Assembly: GCA_046086025.1 (NCBI GenBank)
Contig: JBJSWT010000013.1
Coordinates: 1-41,076 of the forward strand
Source of the DNA: Actinomycetes bacterium
GTDB taxonomy: Bacteria; Actinomycetota; Actinomycetes; S36-B12; UBA5976
DNA length: 41,076 bases
Reading direction: 5' to 3'
Shown here: positions 1 to 9,227 of the stretch, piece by piece
How the letters are laid out: each line of letters starts with the position of its first letter
Numbering within the stretch: the first letter of the stretch is position 1
Translations under genes and position numbers: made by a program
The notes under the pieces: generated by a model
Database searches by the model: none
Told to the model about the DNA's origin: nothing
Seen by the model: the letters and a program-made list of their open reading frames with translations, nothing else

Positions 1-1350
1 CATTGTTGCACGTTCTTTTGCTTCAGCATTAAGACGCAGCAATGGCTCGGTATTACTTGGCCGGATATTGACCCACCACTGGTCAGTACTAAAGGTTAAA
101 CCATCAAGATCATCAATTTGGACATCTTTATTATCCGAAAAATATTCTTTAACTTTGTTTGAAGTTTCTGACACGTTACTTACTTTGGTGTTGATTTCAC
201 CACTTGCCACATATCTGTCGAACTCTTTTAAAAGTGAAGACAAACTTGTTCCAGCTTTGGTTTCACCAAGAGCTGCTAAAACGTGTAATGCCGCCAGCAT
301 GCCACTGTCTGCAAACCAGAAATCTCTAAAATAGAAATGCCCTGAGTGCTCTCCCCCAAAAATTGCGTTTGTTTCTTTCATTACTTCTTTAATAAACGAG
401 TGGCCTACTCTAGTTTTTTTTGCAACTCCACCATTTTCTTTCACAACTTCTGCAACACTTCTTGAAGTTATTAAATTGTGAATAATGGTTGAACCTTTTT
501 CTCGAGCTAATTCTCTTTTTGCAATCAAAGCTGTAATAACACTTGGGGTGATACTTTGACCAAGTTCGTCAATAAAAAAAGCTCTATCTGCATCCCCATC
601 AAAAGCAATACCAATATCGGCTTTTTCAAGAAGTACTCTTTTTTGTAAATCAACTAGATTCTTTGGTTCAATTGGATTTGCTTCATGATTTGGAAAAGTT
701 CCATCTAATTCAAAATACATAGGAATAATTTCAAAGTTTGATTTTTCAAAAACTTTAGGCACAATAAATCCACCCATGCCATTTCCTGCATCAATAACAA
801 CTTTTAATTTTCTACAGTTTTTAACATCTACTAATGAATGAACAAACTTCACATAATCTTGATTTAAATCTCTAGTTTGGCTTGTGCCTTGATCACCTTC
901 ATAATTTTTTACACCTTTTAAAAGCATTTGGGTAATTTCTTTCAAACCAGAATCTTGACCAACTGGTCGTGCTCCTGGTCTTGCTAATTTAATTCCGTTA
1001 TATTCAGCAGGATTATGACTTGCTGTAAACATTGCTCCTGCCACATTTAAAAATCCTGAAGCAAAATAAAGTCCATCAGTTGAGGAAAGACCCATCAAAA
1101 TTACATCAACACCTTGTTTCATCACCCCGCGAGCAAAGGCATCAACAAGTGATGGACCACTTGGTCTCATGTCATGAGCAATAACAACTTGATTATTTCC
1201 CCCATCATTTTTTCTAAGTTTTAAAACTTCAACAAAAGCTTGTCCAATCAGATACGCCAGATTTTCATCTAATTGATCAGGAACAATTCCTCGAACATCA
1301 TAGGCTTTAATGAGAGTTTTTAAAGAATTTTCTGTAACTGGGGCATTCAT
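1..1350 (-). CDS. manB: Phosphomannomutase/phosphoglucomutase (alpha-D-phosphohexomutase). The 3' end runs off the left edge of the window.
   Basis: Not in the supplied ORF track. The reverse frame is open from ATG 1350..1348 to position 1, exactly 450 codons. My translation contains the phosphoserine loop TASHNPAEYNGIK (around 1030-1070), the Mg loop FDGDADR (around 575-600) and the sugar loop GGEHSGH. It lies next to DUF3499 and whiB, as in M. tuberculosis Rv3257c-Rv3260c. Confidence 0.85.
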   Translation of the reverse strand, partial: MNAPVTENSLKTLIKAYDVRGIVPDQLDENLAYLIGQAFVEVLKLRKNDGGNNQVVIAHDMRPSGPSLVDAFARGVMKQGVDVILMGLSSTDGLYFASGFLNVAGAMFTASHNPAEYNGIKLARPGARPVGQDSGLKEITQMLLKGVKNYEGDQGTSQTRDLNQDYVKFVHSLVDVKNCRKLKVVIDAGNGMGGFIVPKVFEKSNFEIIPMYFELDGTFPNHEANPIEPKNLVDLQKRVLLEKADIGIAFDGDADRAFFIDELGQSITPSVITALIAKRELAREKGSTIIHNLITSRSVAEVVKENGGVAKKTRVGHSFIKEVMKETNAIFGGEHSGHFYFRDFWFADSGMLAALHVLAALGETKAGTSLSSLLKEFDRYVASGEINTKVSNVSETSNKVKEYFSDNKDVQIDDLDGLTFSTDQWWVNIRPSNTEPLLRLNAEAKERATM

Positions 1351-1397
1351 CAGAATTAAAGACTAGTGCAGATTATTAGGTATAACTAACTTTGCTT

Positions 1398-1754
1398 TTA
1401 GTTTTCGTCACGCACAATTCTTAAATGTGCTCTTTTGGCATAATCTTGAGCAAAACTTGGTTCCTGCCAAACACTAGGTTGTGGTTTTGCAGCTTCTCGG
1501 ACCGCATTTGCTAAAGCTAATAAATCATCTGGAGAAGGAATTTGTTCTTCAGGTTCTGTTTCTAATCTGACGATTTCCCATCCACGTGGTGCAGTTAATT
1601 TACGAGCATGAATTTCACAAAGGTCATAACAATTTGGTTCTGGCACGGTTGCTAAAGGTCCAAGTACTGCTGTGGAATCGGCATAAACATAAGTAAGAGT
1701 TGCCACAGCAATTTTGCCGCAAGACAATCTCGTGCACTTTCTTAAATATGCCAT
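1398..1754 (-). CDS. DUF3499-like Cys-rich conserved actinobacterial protein (Rv3258c-like)
   Basis: The ORF-track entry 1398..1760 begins at a TTG; the first ATG is at 1754 (MAYLRKC...). Cys/His pattern is C-x4-C ... C-x3-C-x2-H. Its position between manB and whiB matches the mycobacterial arrangement. Family assignment is from memory of the TLTY..VLGPL core. Confidence 0.6.
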   Translation of the reverse strand: MAYLRKCTRLSCGKIAVATLTYVYADSTAVLGPLATVPEPNCYDLCEIHARKLTAPRGWEIVRLETEPEEQIPSPDDLLALANAVREAAKPQPSVWQEPSFAQDYAKRAHLRIVRDEN

Positions 1755-1846
1755 GAGCAATAAACTAGTAAATTTGTTACTAAAGTGACGCGAAGGCGCG
1801 CCTGATACTTATATATACCTTTGTTATTACTGAATATCTAAGTGAT

Positions 1847-2110
1847 TTAGACAGCTTGGGAACGACGCATACGACGACGTTCTCTTTCGGAAAGTCCACC
1901 CCATATTCCGAAACGTTCATCGTTTTCTAATGCGTATTCCAAACATTCAGCTCTAACTTCGCAAGATCCGCAAACCCTCTTTGCTTCTCTTGTCGATCCG
2001 CCCTTCTCAGGGAAAAAGGCTTCTGGGTCTGTTTGTGCACACAGTGCTTTTTCTTGCCAGCTAGGTGCATCTTCGTTTTCAACCAGACGTAAGCCCGTGA
2101 AGTCGGACAA
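1847..2110 (-). CDS. whiB: WhiB-family [4Fe-4S] transcription factor, orthologue of S. coelicolor WhiB / M. tuberculosis WhiB2
   Basis: The 87-aa product has SWQEKALCAQTDPEAFFPEKGGSTREAKRVCGSCEVRAECLEYALENDERFGIWGGLSERERRR, nearly identical in its core to WhiB/WhiB2 (four Cys, GIWGG turn, basic tail). The start is TTG 2110..2108 with an in-frame TAA immediately upstream and a GGGGG Shine-Dalgarno about 8 nt upstream. Confidence 0.93.
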   Translation of the reverse strand: MSDFTGLRLVENEDAPSWQEKALCAQTDPEAFFPEKGGSTREAKRVCGSCEVRAECLEYALENDERFGIWGGLSERERRRMRRSQAV

Positions 2111-2281
2111 TTAATAACCCCCATATATTTGGCACCGAGTTGTTGACCCGGTGGTTATAAAGAAACTACCTGAACGAATTACACGCTTGTAATTAGGGGT
2201 ACGTCAAGTATTTTTGGGTACTTTTTTACATATTTCTTTATTTTTAGCCTAAATGTCCGTTTCTTGGGACAAAGAATGTAC

Positions 2282-3382
2282 TTAATTTTGCCAATCAGGA
2301 TTTGCAGGAATACTCATTTTGTCTAATTTAATCTGTTGTAGTTTTTGATCTGGCCAAATTCTGGAATCATTTTTGCAACTTGAACCACTACTTATTTCAA
2401 CATTGTCAGCAATTACTGAATCAAGAATTTCACAACTATCACCAATTCTAGAACCATTTGCAATAATGCTTGAAGAAATTACACAATTATCGCCAATAAA
2501 AACATTTTCACCAATTACACATTTATCTAATTTAGAATTTTTCCCGATTGAAGAATTTTTTCCAACAAAGGTTCCATTTGAAAATTCAACATTTTCATTT
2601 ATGGTCACATTTTCACCTAATAATTTTTGCAAATTATTTGTAACTAATCCAGTTTTTATTGCCCCTGTAACTAAATCACTGGAACCTTTTACAAAAGCTT
2701 GTGGAGTTCCCAAATCAAGCCAATAGCTTTCATCAACAACTCCAATGACTTTGTAATTATTTTCTAATAAATTTGGAAAAACTTCTCGTTCCACAGAAAC
2801 CACTTTTTCTGTTGCAATTGTGTCAATAATTTTTCTTTTAAAAATATACATTCCTGCATTTATTTGATCGGTAACAATGTCTTCATCTTTTTCAGGTTTT
2901 TCTAAAAATGCTAGAACATTTCCTTCTTTATCTGTAGGGACTAAACCATAAGCTTTAGGGTTTTTTACTTTAGTTAAATAAAGAGCTACATCTGCTTTTT
3001 TTTCTTTCCAAATTTTTAAAACATTCTCAATATTTACTCCAGTTAAAACATCGCCATTAAAAATAACTACTGGATCTTCTGGTCCACAAGTTAAAAATTG
3101 GCTGGCATTACGGATACCTCCACCTGTACCCAACTGCACAGGTTCGTAGGCATAATCAAGCTTTACTCCCATAAAAGAGCCATCTCCTAAATAAGTTTTA
3201 AATACTTCTGCTTTAAAAGCTGTGCCTAAAACAATGTGATCAATACCAGCATTTTTGGCTTTTGAGATTTGATGTTGAGTAACAGGAAAACCTGCCACTT
3301 TTAACATGGGTTTTGGAGTATGAATCGTTAAAGGTTTTAGCCGAGTACCATAACCGCCTACGAGCAATATCGCTTCAGTCAC
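2282..3382 (-). CDS. manC: Mannose-1-phosphate guanylyltransferase (sugar-nucleotide pyrophosphorylase with C-terminal left-handed beta-helix)
   Basis: N-terminal LVGGYGTRLKPLT nucleotidyltransferase signature and C-terminal hexapeptide-repeat region (IGENVFIGDNCVI...). GTG start with GGTGGA upstream. Synteny equivalent is Rv3264c. Substrate specificity is inferred, not proven. Confidence 0.8.
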   Translation of the reverse strand: MTEAILLVGGYGTRLKPLTIHTPKPMLKVAGFPVTQHQISKAKNAGIDHIVLGTAFKAEVFKTYLGDGSFMGVKLDYAYEPVQLGTGGGIRNASQFLTCGPEDPVVIFNGDVLTGVNIENVLKIWKEKKADVALYLTKVKNPKAYGLVPTDKEGNVLAFLEKPEKDEDIVTDQINAGMYIFKRKIIDTIATEKVVSVEREVFPNLLENNYKVIGVVDESYWLDLGTPQAFVKGSSDLVTGAIKTGLVTNNLQKLLGENVTINENVEFSNGTFVGKNSSIGKNSKLDKCVIGENVFIGDNCVISSSIIANGSRIGDSCEILDSVIADNVEISSGSSCKNDSRIWPDQKLQQIKLDKMSIPANPDWQN

Positions 3383-3432
3383 AAGACTTCATCCACCTTT
3401 TATTTATATAAATAAATAAAACTTAAATTACT

Positions 3433-4461
3433 TTAAGAACCAGGTGTTGGTGATGTTTCTGGATCAAAAGTAACCGGATAAGTTTTTGGCACGAATAAAA
3501 CCCAAGTTTGGCCAGGAGCAAATACGTAGTTAGATGCACCAACTGTGTAAGTAGTTGGATCTGTTGCCATGGCTCTTGACCAAGTAGCTTCAAATCTTTG
3601 ACCATCTCTCATCACAATTGCTTCACCTGAACCAACAGATTGAATCAATGGTGTTTTATTTCCGTTTTTATCTTGGAAACCAGAATCTGCTAATTGATCA
3701 ACAAATTGCACAATTATATTTTTAGCAAATAGAGGTTGATTAGTTACAGCATCTGAAGCAGGTGTTCCATCTAATGCCACAACCCATGCATTATTTGTGG
3801 CATCCCATTCTGCACCAACTCTTGAAGCTGGCCATTTGGCTGAAAATGAATTTGTTTGAGTTCCACCAGTTGCTGCAACATCAGAAAATGTCCAACCCAT
3901 ATCTTTGGCACCACTCATGCCAGTCAAAGTAGTTGTCAGTGCATTCAAATCAACAGTTAAGTTGTGTGGCGCATTTTTATCTGTTTGTCTGGTGTAAAGC
4001 TTTCCATTCAAACCATGACTTGCGTTAACTAGATTTGCTTGATCAATAAGTGGTAAGAATTTTTGTTGTGCACCACTAAATGCAAATGCAGGTGTGCCAA
4101 ATTGTTCCATGATTTCTAAATCTGAAATACGTGCAGATCTAACTGGACCAACTTTGGTTGGCATGCTTGAGTTATAAACAGCTGCGATTCTGGTTAAACC
4201 AGCTTCTACTTCTTCCACAAAAATCATGTCTGCTGCAGAAATTCCCCATTGAGGTCTTGCAGGATTTACGTTGTCAATTTTTACAACGACGATTGGTCCA
4301 CCTTCTCCACCTGGAAGTCCAGAAATTGGACTTAAACCAGTTTTAACTGTTTCGCTTGGTTCTGGTGTTGCTTCTGTTGCTGTTTCAGTCGATCCAGCAC
4401 AGGCAGATAATACAAATGTGAGTGAGGTCAAAAAGGCAAATGCTTTTAATTTGTTAGTCAT
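3433..4461 (-). CDS. Secreted lipoprotein, DUF3048 (YerB-like) family
   Basis: Signal peptide with lipobox (FVLSAC), a Thr/Glu/Pro linker, then the VKIDNVNPARPQWGISAADMIFVEEVEAGLTRIAAVY core typical of DUF3048. Divergent from an LCP gene. Confidence 0.7.
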   Translation of the reverse strand: MTNKLKAFAFLTSLTFVLSACAGSTETATEATPEPSETVKTGLSPISGLPGGEGGPIVVVKIDNVNPARPQWGISAADMIFVEEVEAGLTRIAAVYNSSMPTKVGPVRSARISDLEIMEQFGTPAFAFSGAQQKFLPLIDQANLVNASHGLNGKLYTRQTDKNAPHNLTVDLNALTTTLTGMSGAKDMGWTFSDVAATGGTQTNSFSAKWPASRVGAEWDATNNAWVVALDGTPASDAVTNQPLFAKNIIVQFVDQLADSGFQDKNGNKTPLIQSVGSGEAIVMRDGQRFEATWSRAMATDPTTYTVGASNYVFAPGQTWVLFVPKTYPVTFDPETSPTPGS

Positions 4462-4573
4462 ACTTCAAACCATAAGCGCAAACCTCGAACTCCGAAAGAC
4501 CCAACTCACCCATTTATGGGTAATGTTTCAGAAAACAGATGGTTAATTCAGACTTCTTTTCTAAAGTGGGGAT

Positions 4574-6046
4574 ATGACAACTCAGCCCAATCAAGTATTC
4601 AAGAGCAAATTGCGTCGATTGACCGCAATCGCCTCTGGGGTAATTCTGGTCATCGCCACTGTGGCAGGAGTCTTGGGTTTTGCGGCAAGAAATTTAGCCG
4701 ACAATATAAAAGCTTTAGAAGTTATTGCTTCTCCAAAACCTGTTTCCGAAACTGGTCCCTTAAACATTTTGTTAATGGGAACTGACACTAGAACTGGTCA
4801 AGGTGGTGGTTTTGGTGATGAAACTGAATTAGGTGGTGAAGGTAGAAGTGACACCACAATGCTTATTCACCTATCAAATGATAGAAAAAGTGCAATTGTA
4901 GTAAGTATTCCAAGAGATTCTGTCGTAACTATTCCTGCTTGCACTAAATCTGATGGCACAACAACTTCTGAAACGACTGGTTTATTTAATTCAGCATTTT
5001 CAACCGCTGGTCCAGGTTGCACAATTAAAACAGTAGAAACTTTAACTGGCATAACAATTAATCACGCAGTAATTGTTGACTTCGTAGGATTTTCTAGCAT
5101 TGTTGATGCACTTGGTGGAATAAAAGTTTGTTTAACAGAACCAATTAATGAACCTGTTGAAAATGGAGCAGGAATTAATTTACCTGCAGGCGTTCAAATT
5201 TTAGATGGAAAAAGTGCTTTGGGATTAATGCGTGCTCGCTATACATTGGCAGATGGCAGTGATTTGAAAAGAATTGAAAGACAACAAGAAATTATTTCTA
5301 TAACAATTGATCAAATTACAGAAAAGAATTTAGTAACCGATGCTCCACAACTTTATAGAGTTTTAAATGCTGCTACTTCAACTTTGCAAATGGATCCAGG
5401 TTTAGCAGATTTAGATTCATTACTAACTTTAACGACAAGTTTGTCATCATTGGGTTCAAAGAATGTTTCGTTTTTAACTGTTCCTTATGTTGGAACACCT
5501 GATGGAAATCATGTGCAATGGACTGAAGCTGCAAATGAAATTTGGAGTGCAATTATTAATGACACCGGTTGGCCACCAAATCCAAATGCCACAACTGAAC
5601 CAACTCCTGAACAAACAGCCGAAAGCGTTGAAACCATTGTGGTTAAACCAGCAGATGTTTCTGTAGTGATTTTGAATGGCACCAGAAGAGCAGGTTTTGC
5701 TGCCGCAACTGGTGAATTCTTAAAAACTCAAGGAGTTAATGTTGCAGAAGTTGGAAATGCTCCAAATAAAGACACAGCTGAATCTTTGATAGTTCATACA
5801 CCTGGAAATAATTTGAAAGCTCAACTAATTGCCAAATTATTGGGCATTACAAATATTTCTGAAGATTCAGAATTACAAGGTTCAGATGTTGCAGTAATTC
5901 TTGGAAATAATGCACCTCAAACTTGGAGTGCACCTTCAAGTGAAGTAAGTGTTTCAACCCCAACTAATGAACCAGCAGCAACCCCAGAACCAACTCCTAG
6001 TGCGATTTCTGCACCAACTAGTGGTTTGTTTTGCCCACTTCCCTAA
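4574..6046 (+). CDS. LytR-CpsA-Psr (LCP) family wall-polymer ligase with C-terminal LytR_C-like domain
   Basis: N-terminal TM helix, then LCP core motifs NILLMGTDTR, GRSDTTMLIHL, SIPRDS and LGLMRARY...DLKRIERQQ. Pro/Thr-rich linkers follow, then a second domain (VVILNGTRRAGFAA). Synteny equivalent is Rv3267. Confidence 0.9.
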   Translation: MTTQPNQVFKSKLRRLTAIASGVILVIATVAGVLGFAARNLADNIKALEVIASPKPVSETGPLNILLMGTDTRTGQGGGFGDETELGGEGRSDTTMLIHLSNDRKSAIVVSIPRDSVVTIPACTKSDGTTTSETTGLFNSAFSTAGPGCTIKTVETLTGITINHAVIVDFVGFSSIVDALGGIKVCLTEPINEPVENGAGINLPAGVQILDGKSALGLMRARYTLADGSDLKRIERQQEIISITIDQITEKNLVTDAPQLYRVLNAATSTLQMDPGLADLDSLLTLTTSLSSLGSKNVSFLTVPYVGTPDGNHVQWTEAANEIWSAIINDTGWPPNPNATTEPTPEQTAESVETIVVKPADVSVVILNGTRRAGFAAATGEFLKTQGVNVAEVGNAPNKDTAESLIVHTPGNNLKAQLIAKLLGITNISEDSELQGSDVAVILGNNAPQTWSAPSSEVSVSTPTNEPAATPEPTPSAISAPTSGLFCPLP

Positions 6047-6921
6047 ATTATTGGGGGACGTAAATAAAAAGTCATTTTAAGAATTGTTTTCCAAGATAAT
6101 TTTTTAGTTGCAAAAATATCTAAAACTTTTCCATCTTCCCAACCATTTTTAAATTCAGCGATTGCTTCTTTATTACCTTTAAGTCTAAACAAAGAAATAA
6201 ATTTCCAATTAAATAAATAAATCTTGGCGATAAAATCAGGCAAGTTTCTTCTCGCTAACAAAACTCTGTTTCTTGCTTGGTATTGATAATAAATTTTGTG
6301 TCTTTTTTGAGGTTCAACTGCCGGATGACTTACAACAATATGACCGCTGTACCAACATTTATAACCTAAGTCCCAAATTCGCCAAACTAAATCAATACCT
6401 TCATGCCCATAAAAATATTCATAAGGCCAAAGTCCTGCTTTTTGCAAAACATCTCTTCTTACAGTTGTTGCTCCTTCCCATAACGAAAAAATATGAGAAG
6501 ACCTATCTGGATTTTTAGTATTTATTCTTGGAATCCATCGTCTAGGAGTTTTTAAACCATTGGGATCTTTTGGTTGCGGTTGAATTAAAGCAACTTTTGG
6601 TCTGCTTACAAATTCTTGATAAATTTTTTCTAAGGTGTGTGGGTCTTGCAGAAAAACATCATCATCTAAAAAGAACAATAAATCACCAGAGACAGAATTG
6701 ATTCCAGCATTTCTTCCTGCAGGAATTCCTAAGTTCTCCGAAATATGAACAGACTTTATATTGCTTGCTAAATTTTCTGGTTTCCAACCATTGCCAACTA
6801 CTACAACATCGACATTGACATTAACTTGAGAAAGTAGTGAGTTGATAGCTTTTTCTAACTGATCTGGTCTTTTACCTTGAGTTAAAACCACACACCCAAA
6901 GCTTGGGTTTAAATCACTCAT
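6043..6921 (-). CDS. Family 2 glycosyltransferase, possibly a WbbL-like rhamnosyltransferase
   Basis: GT-A fold signatures (VVLTQGKRPDQLEKAINSLLSQ, FFLDDDV DxD region). Its position near manC and LCP resembles Rv3265c wbbL1, but no rml genes are nearby, so the sugar is unknown. Confidence 0.7.
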   Translation of the reverse strand: MSDLNPSFGCVVLTQGKRPDQLEKAINSLLSQVNVNVDVVVVGNGWKPENLASNIKSVHISENLGIPAGRNAGINSVSGDLLFFLDDDVFLQDPHTLEKIYQEFVSRPKVALIQPQPKDPNGLKTPRRWIPRINTKNPDRSSHIFSLWEGATTVRRDVLQKAGLWPYEYFYGHEGIDLVWRIWDLGYKCWYSGHIVVSHPAVEPQKRHKIYYQYQARNRVLLARRNLPDFIAKIYLFNWKFISLFRLKGNKEAIAEFKNGWEDGKVLDIFATKKLSWKTILKMTFYLRPPII

Positions 6922-6923
6922 TT

Positions 6924-7682
6924 TTAGCCACGAAGTCTGGAGGAAGAAAGAATTGCTACAAGGTGTCCCACCACGGTTATTGCTGCAGCCAAAGTAATTA
7001 TTTGCAGCATTTGAGCCTCAATTTCAAAAAACCAGGAAATAAAAATAATAAATGTTAATTCCATAGAGTGAAAAATTCTGTGAATTGGAAAGAAATTAAA
7101 CAAAGATCTTAGGAATGCTAAAAGCTTGTTTCTTGGCACGGCAACTTTTTTATCTTCAGATAATTTCTTTAAATTGGCAAAACTTCTTGCCACATGAACC
7201 ATATCGTTGAAAACTTTATTGAATGTTATTAAAAGTGCCAAAACTAATCCATAAATTATTTCTAAACCAGTTGAATCATCTTGAGTTGCAACTCTTATTC
7301 CAAATGCAATAGCAATTAATGCTTCAGTTGAATAATGTCCAAAACGATCGATAAATATTCCAGCTGGATTAAATCTTTTTAATATTCTTGCCATTTCACC
7401 ATCAGAACAATCAAAAAGCATTTGAATTTGGGCAAAAATTAGAGCAAGAATCACTCCATTTCTTCCAGGAATTAATAAAGACGCTGCAGCTAACCAACCT
7501 GAAAAAACCATTAACCAAGTTACAAAGGTGGGACTAAAATTTAGGGCAAGAAGAATTTTTGTTAGGTAGGGAGAGATTTTTCTCATATACATTGGCCCAG
7601 ACCAATGTTCAGCCACTCTTCTATTCATAACTTCAGCAGGTTGACCAATAGTTTTTATTTTTTTTATTGAATATTTAGTCAT
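6924..7682 (-). CDS. CDP-alcohol phosphatidyltransferase-family membrane protein (atypical signature)
   Basis: Signature D101-C-S-D-G-E-M-A-R-x8-G-x3-D-x3-H126 (numbering from the track ORF that starts at 7712), plus multiple TM helices. I prefer ATG 7682, which overlaps the upstream TAA as ATGACTAA. The track start 7712 would overlap the ATPase gene by 38 nt. Confidence 0.75.
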   Translation of the reverse strand: MTKYSIKKIKTIGQPAEVMNRRVAEHWSGPMYMRKISPYLTKILLALNFSPTFVTWLMVFSGWLAAASLLIPGRNGVILALIFAQIQMLFDCSDGEMARILKRFNPAGIFIDRFGHYSTEALIAIAFGIRVATQDDSTGLEIIYGLVLALLITFNKVFNDMVHVARSFANLKKLSEDKKVAVPRNKLLAFLRSLFNFFPIHRIFHSMELTFIIFISWFFEIEAQMLQIITLAAAITVVGHLVAILSSSRLRG

Positions 7683-8418
7683 CAAATACTCCAGAATCTT
7701 GATGATATGCATTTAAAGCTTCACTTAAAGTGCCATCAACGGCAAGGGAGCCTTGTTTTAGATAAAGTCCTCGAGTACAAAATTCTTTCAAATCTTTTTC
7801 TTTGTGGGAAACTAAGAATAAAGTTTTTCCTTGATTCAATAAATCTTTCATTCTGATGTAACACTTTTCTTTAAAAGCAGCATCTCCTACAGCTAAAGCT
7901 TCGTCTACCAGGATTATTGGTTCATCTATTGAGGTAACAATTGAAAATCCAAGTCTGATTTTCATTCCACTTGAGAAATGTCTAACTGGTGTATCTAGGA
8001 AATCTCCAACTTCTGCAAACTCCACAATGTTGTTAAATCTTTTTTTAACTTCAGTCTTTGATAAGCCATGTAAGCCTGCCACTAAATAAATATTGTCTCT
8101 TGCAGTTAAATCACTTTTTAATCCTCCAGTTAATTCAATTAATGGTGCAACCCCTCCTTGAACTGTGGCTGTTCCTTCATCTGGAATAAGAACTCCAGCA
8201 ATAATTCTTAAGAGAGTACTTTTACCTTGACCATTTGCGCCCATTAAACCAACGGCTTCACCTTCATTAACTTTAAAATTAATATTTCTTAAAGCCCAAA
8301 ATTCACCTTTAGGTGAAGTATTTTTTTGCTGTAATAGTAATTCTCTTACTGAAAAGTTTCTTTTTCTATTTCTTTTAAAACTTATACCTACATTATTTAC
8401 CTCAATAACAATACTCAT
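7675..8418 (-). CDS. ABC transporter ATP-binding protein, polysaccharide/teichoic-acid exporter type (TagH/Wzt-like, no C-terminal carbohydrate-binding domain)
   Basis: Walker A GANGQGKST, ABC signature SSGMKIRL, Walker B ILVDEAL. It directly abuts an ABC-2 permease gene. Confidence 0.88.
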   Translation of the reverse strand: MSIVIEVNNVGISFKRNRKRNFSVRELLLQQKNTSPKGEFWALRNINFKVNEGEAVGLMGANGQGKSTLLRIIAGVLIPDEGTATVQGGVAPLIELTGGLKSDLTARDNIYLVAGLHGLSKTEVKKRFNNIVEFAEVGDFLDTPVRHFSSGMKIRLGFSIVTSIDEPIILVDEALAVGDAAFKEKCYIRMKDLLNQGKTLFLVSHKEKDLKEFCTRGLYLKQGSLAVDGTLSEALNAYHQDSGVFDD

Positions 8419-9177
8419 TTACACCTCCTTCAATACAGTTTTTTCAATACGTTTAAAGAAAGTAACACCAATAACAAATATGGTTAAAGAAATTATGGTT
8501 GAAAAAATAACAGCTGTTATCAAGTTAGGTTCAGCCCAAAACCCTGCGCGATACATGGAAATAATTCCAGTCATGGGATTGAAATAAGAAAGTATTTGAA
8601 ATCTTTCTGGAATATCTGAAACTCCATAAATTATAGGTGTTAAATAAAACATCATTCTTAATAAAATTCTTAATAAATTTGAAGTATCTCTTGCAAGAAC
8701 AGTTAATGGAGCAAGAATTAAACCAATTCCAGAAAGTAATAAAAATTGCAAAATTATTGCAAAAACTATCCAAAATATTTCTAGATTTACACTAGCTTGA
8801 GTTATTAAAGTAATAATTATTAATATTGGAAAAGCCAAAAGAAATTCTGTTCCTTTTGCACCAATACTTTTTATAACCCACAAATATCTTGGAATAGAAA
8901 TTGATCGAACCATTTTACTTTCTACGACTAAAGATCTGGCTGAATCTGTAACAGAACCATTAAACCAAGTCCAAGAAAGAATTCCTGTTAGTAAAAATAA
9001 AATATAAGGCTGTTCTCCTATATTTTTTGCACCAATAATTTGGGTAAAAACTAACCAATAAATAAATGCCATTGCCAAAGGATCTAAAAGAGTCCACAAA
9101 TAACCCAGCCAAGTACCGGCATATCTAATTTGTAAATCTCGATAAATCAAAATCCGCAAAGCGCCAAACTTACCCAA
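8419..9177 (-). CDS. ABC-2 type exporter permease (TagG/Wzm-like)
   Basis: Six predicted TM helices and a typical ABC-2 N-terminus (RDLQIRYAGTWLGYLWTLLDPL). TTG start preceded by GGAGGAG. Its stop abuts the ATPase start. Confidence 0.85.
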   Translation of the reverse strand: MGKFGALRILIYRDLQIRYAGTWLGYLWTLLDPLAMAFIYWLVFTQIIGAKNIGEQPYILFLLTGILSWTWFNGSVTDSARSLVVESKMVRSISIPRYLWVIKSIGAKGTEFLLAFPILIIITLITQASVNLEIFWIVFAIILQFLLLSGIGLILAPLTVLARDTSNLLRILLRMMFYLTPIIYGVSDIPERFQILSYFNPMTGIISMYRAGFWAEPNLITAVIFSTIISLTIFVIGVTFFKRIEKTVLKEV

Positions 9178-9227
9178 AGGGTTCGTTCTCCTCCACGCTT
9201 ATCAGTGTGATCGCGTTATACCTAAGA

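Noticed and set aside
68-334. 88-aa plus-strand ORF from the supplied track at the left edge
   Set aside because: It lies entirely antisense to the strongly supported manB reading frame (phosphohexomutase motifs on the minus strand). It has no recognisable motif or ribosome-binding site.
1787-1802. GC-rich hairpin GACGCG-AAGG-CGCGCC downstream of whiB, considered as an intrinsic terminator
   Set aside because: The stem is only 6 bp including a G-U pair, and on the transcribed (minus) strand it is followed by ACTTTAGTAAC rather than a U-tract. That is too weak to call as a feature.
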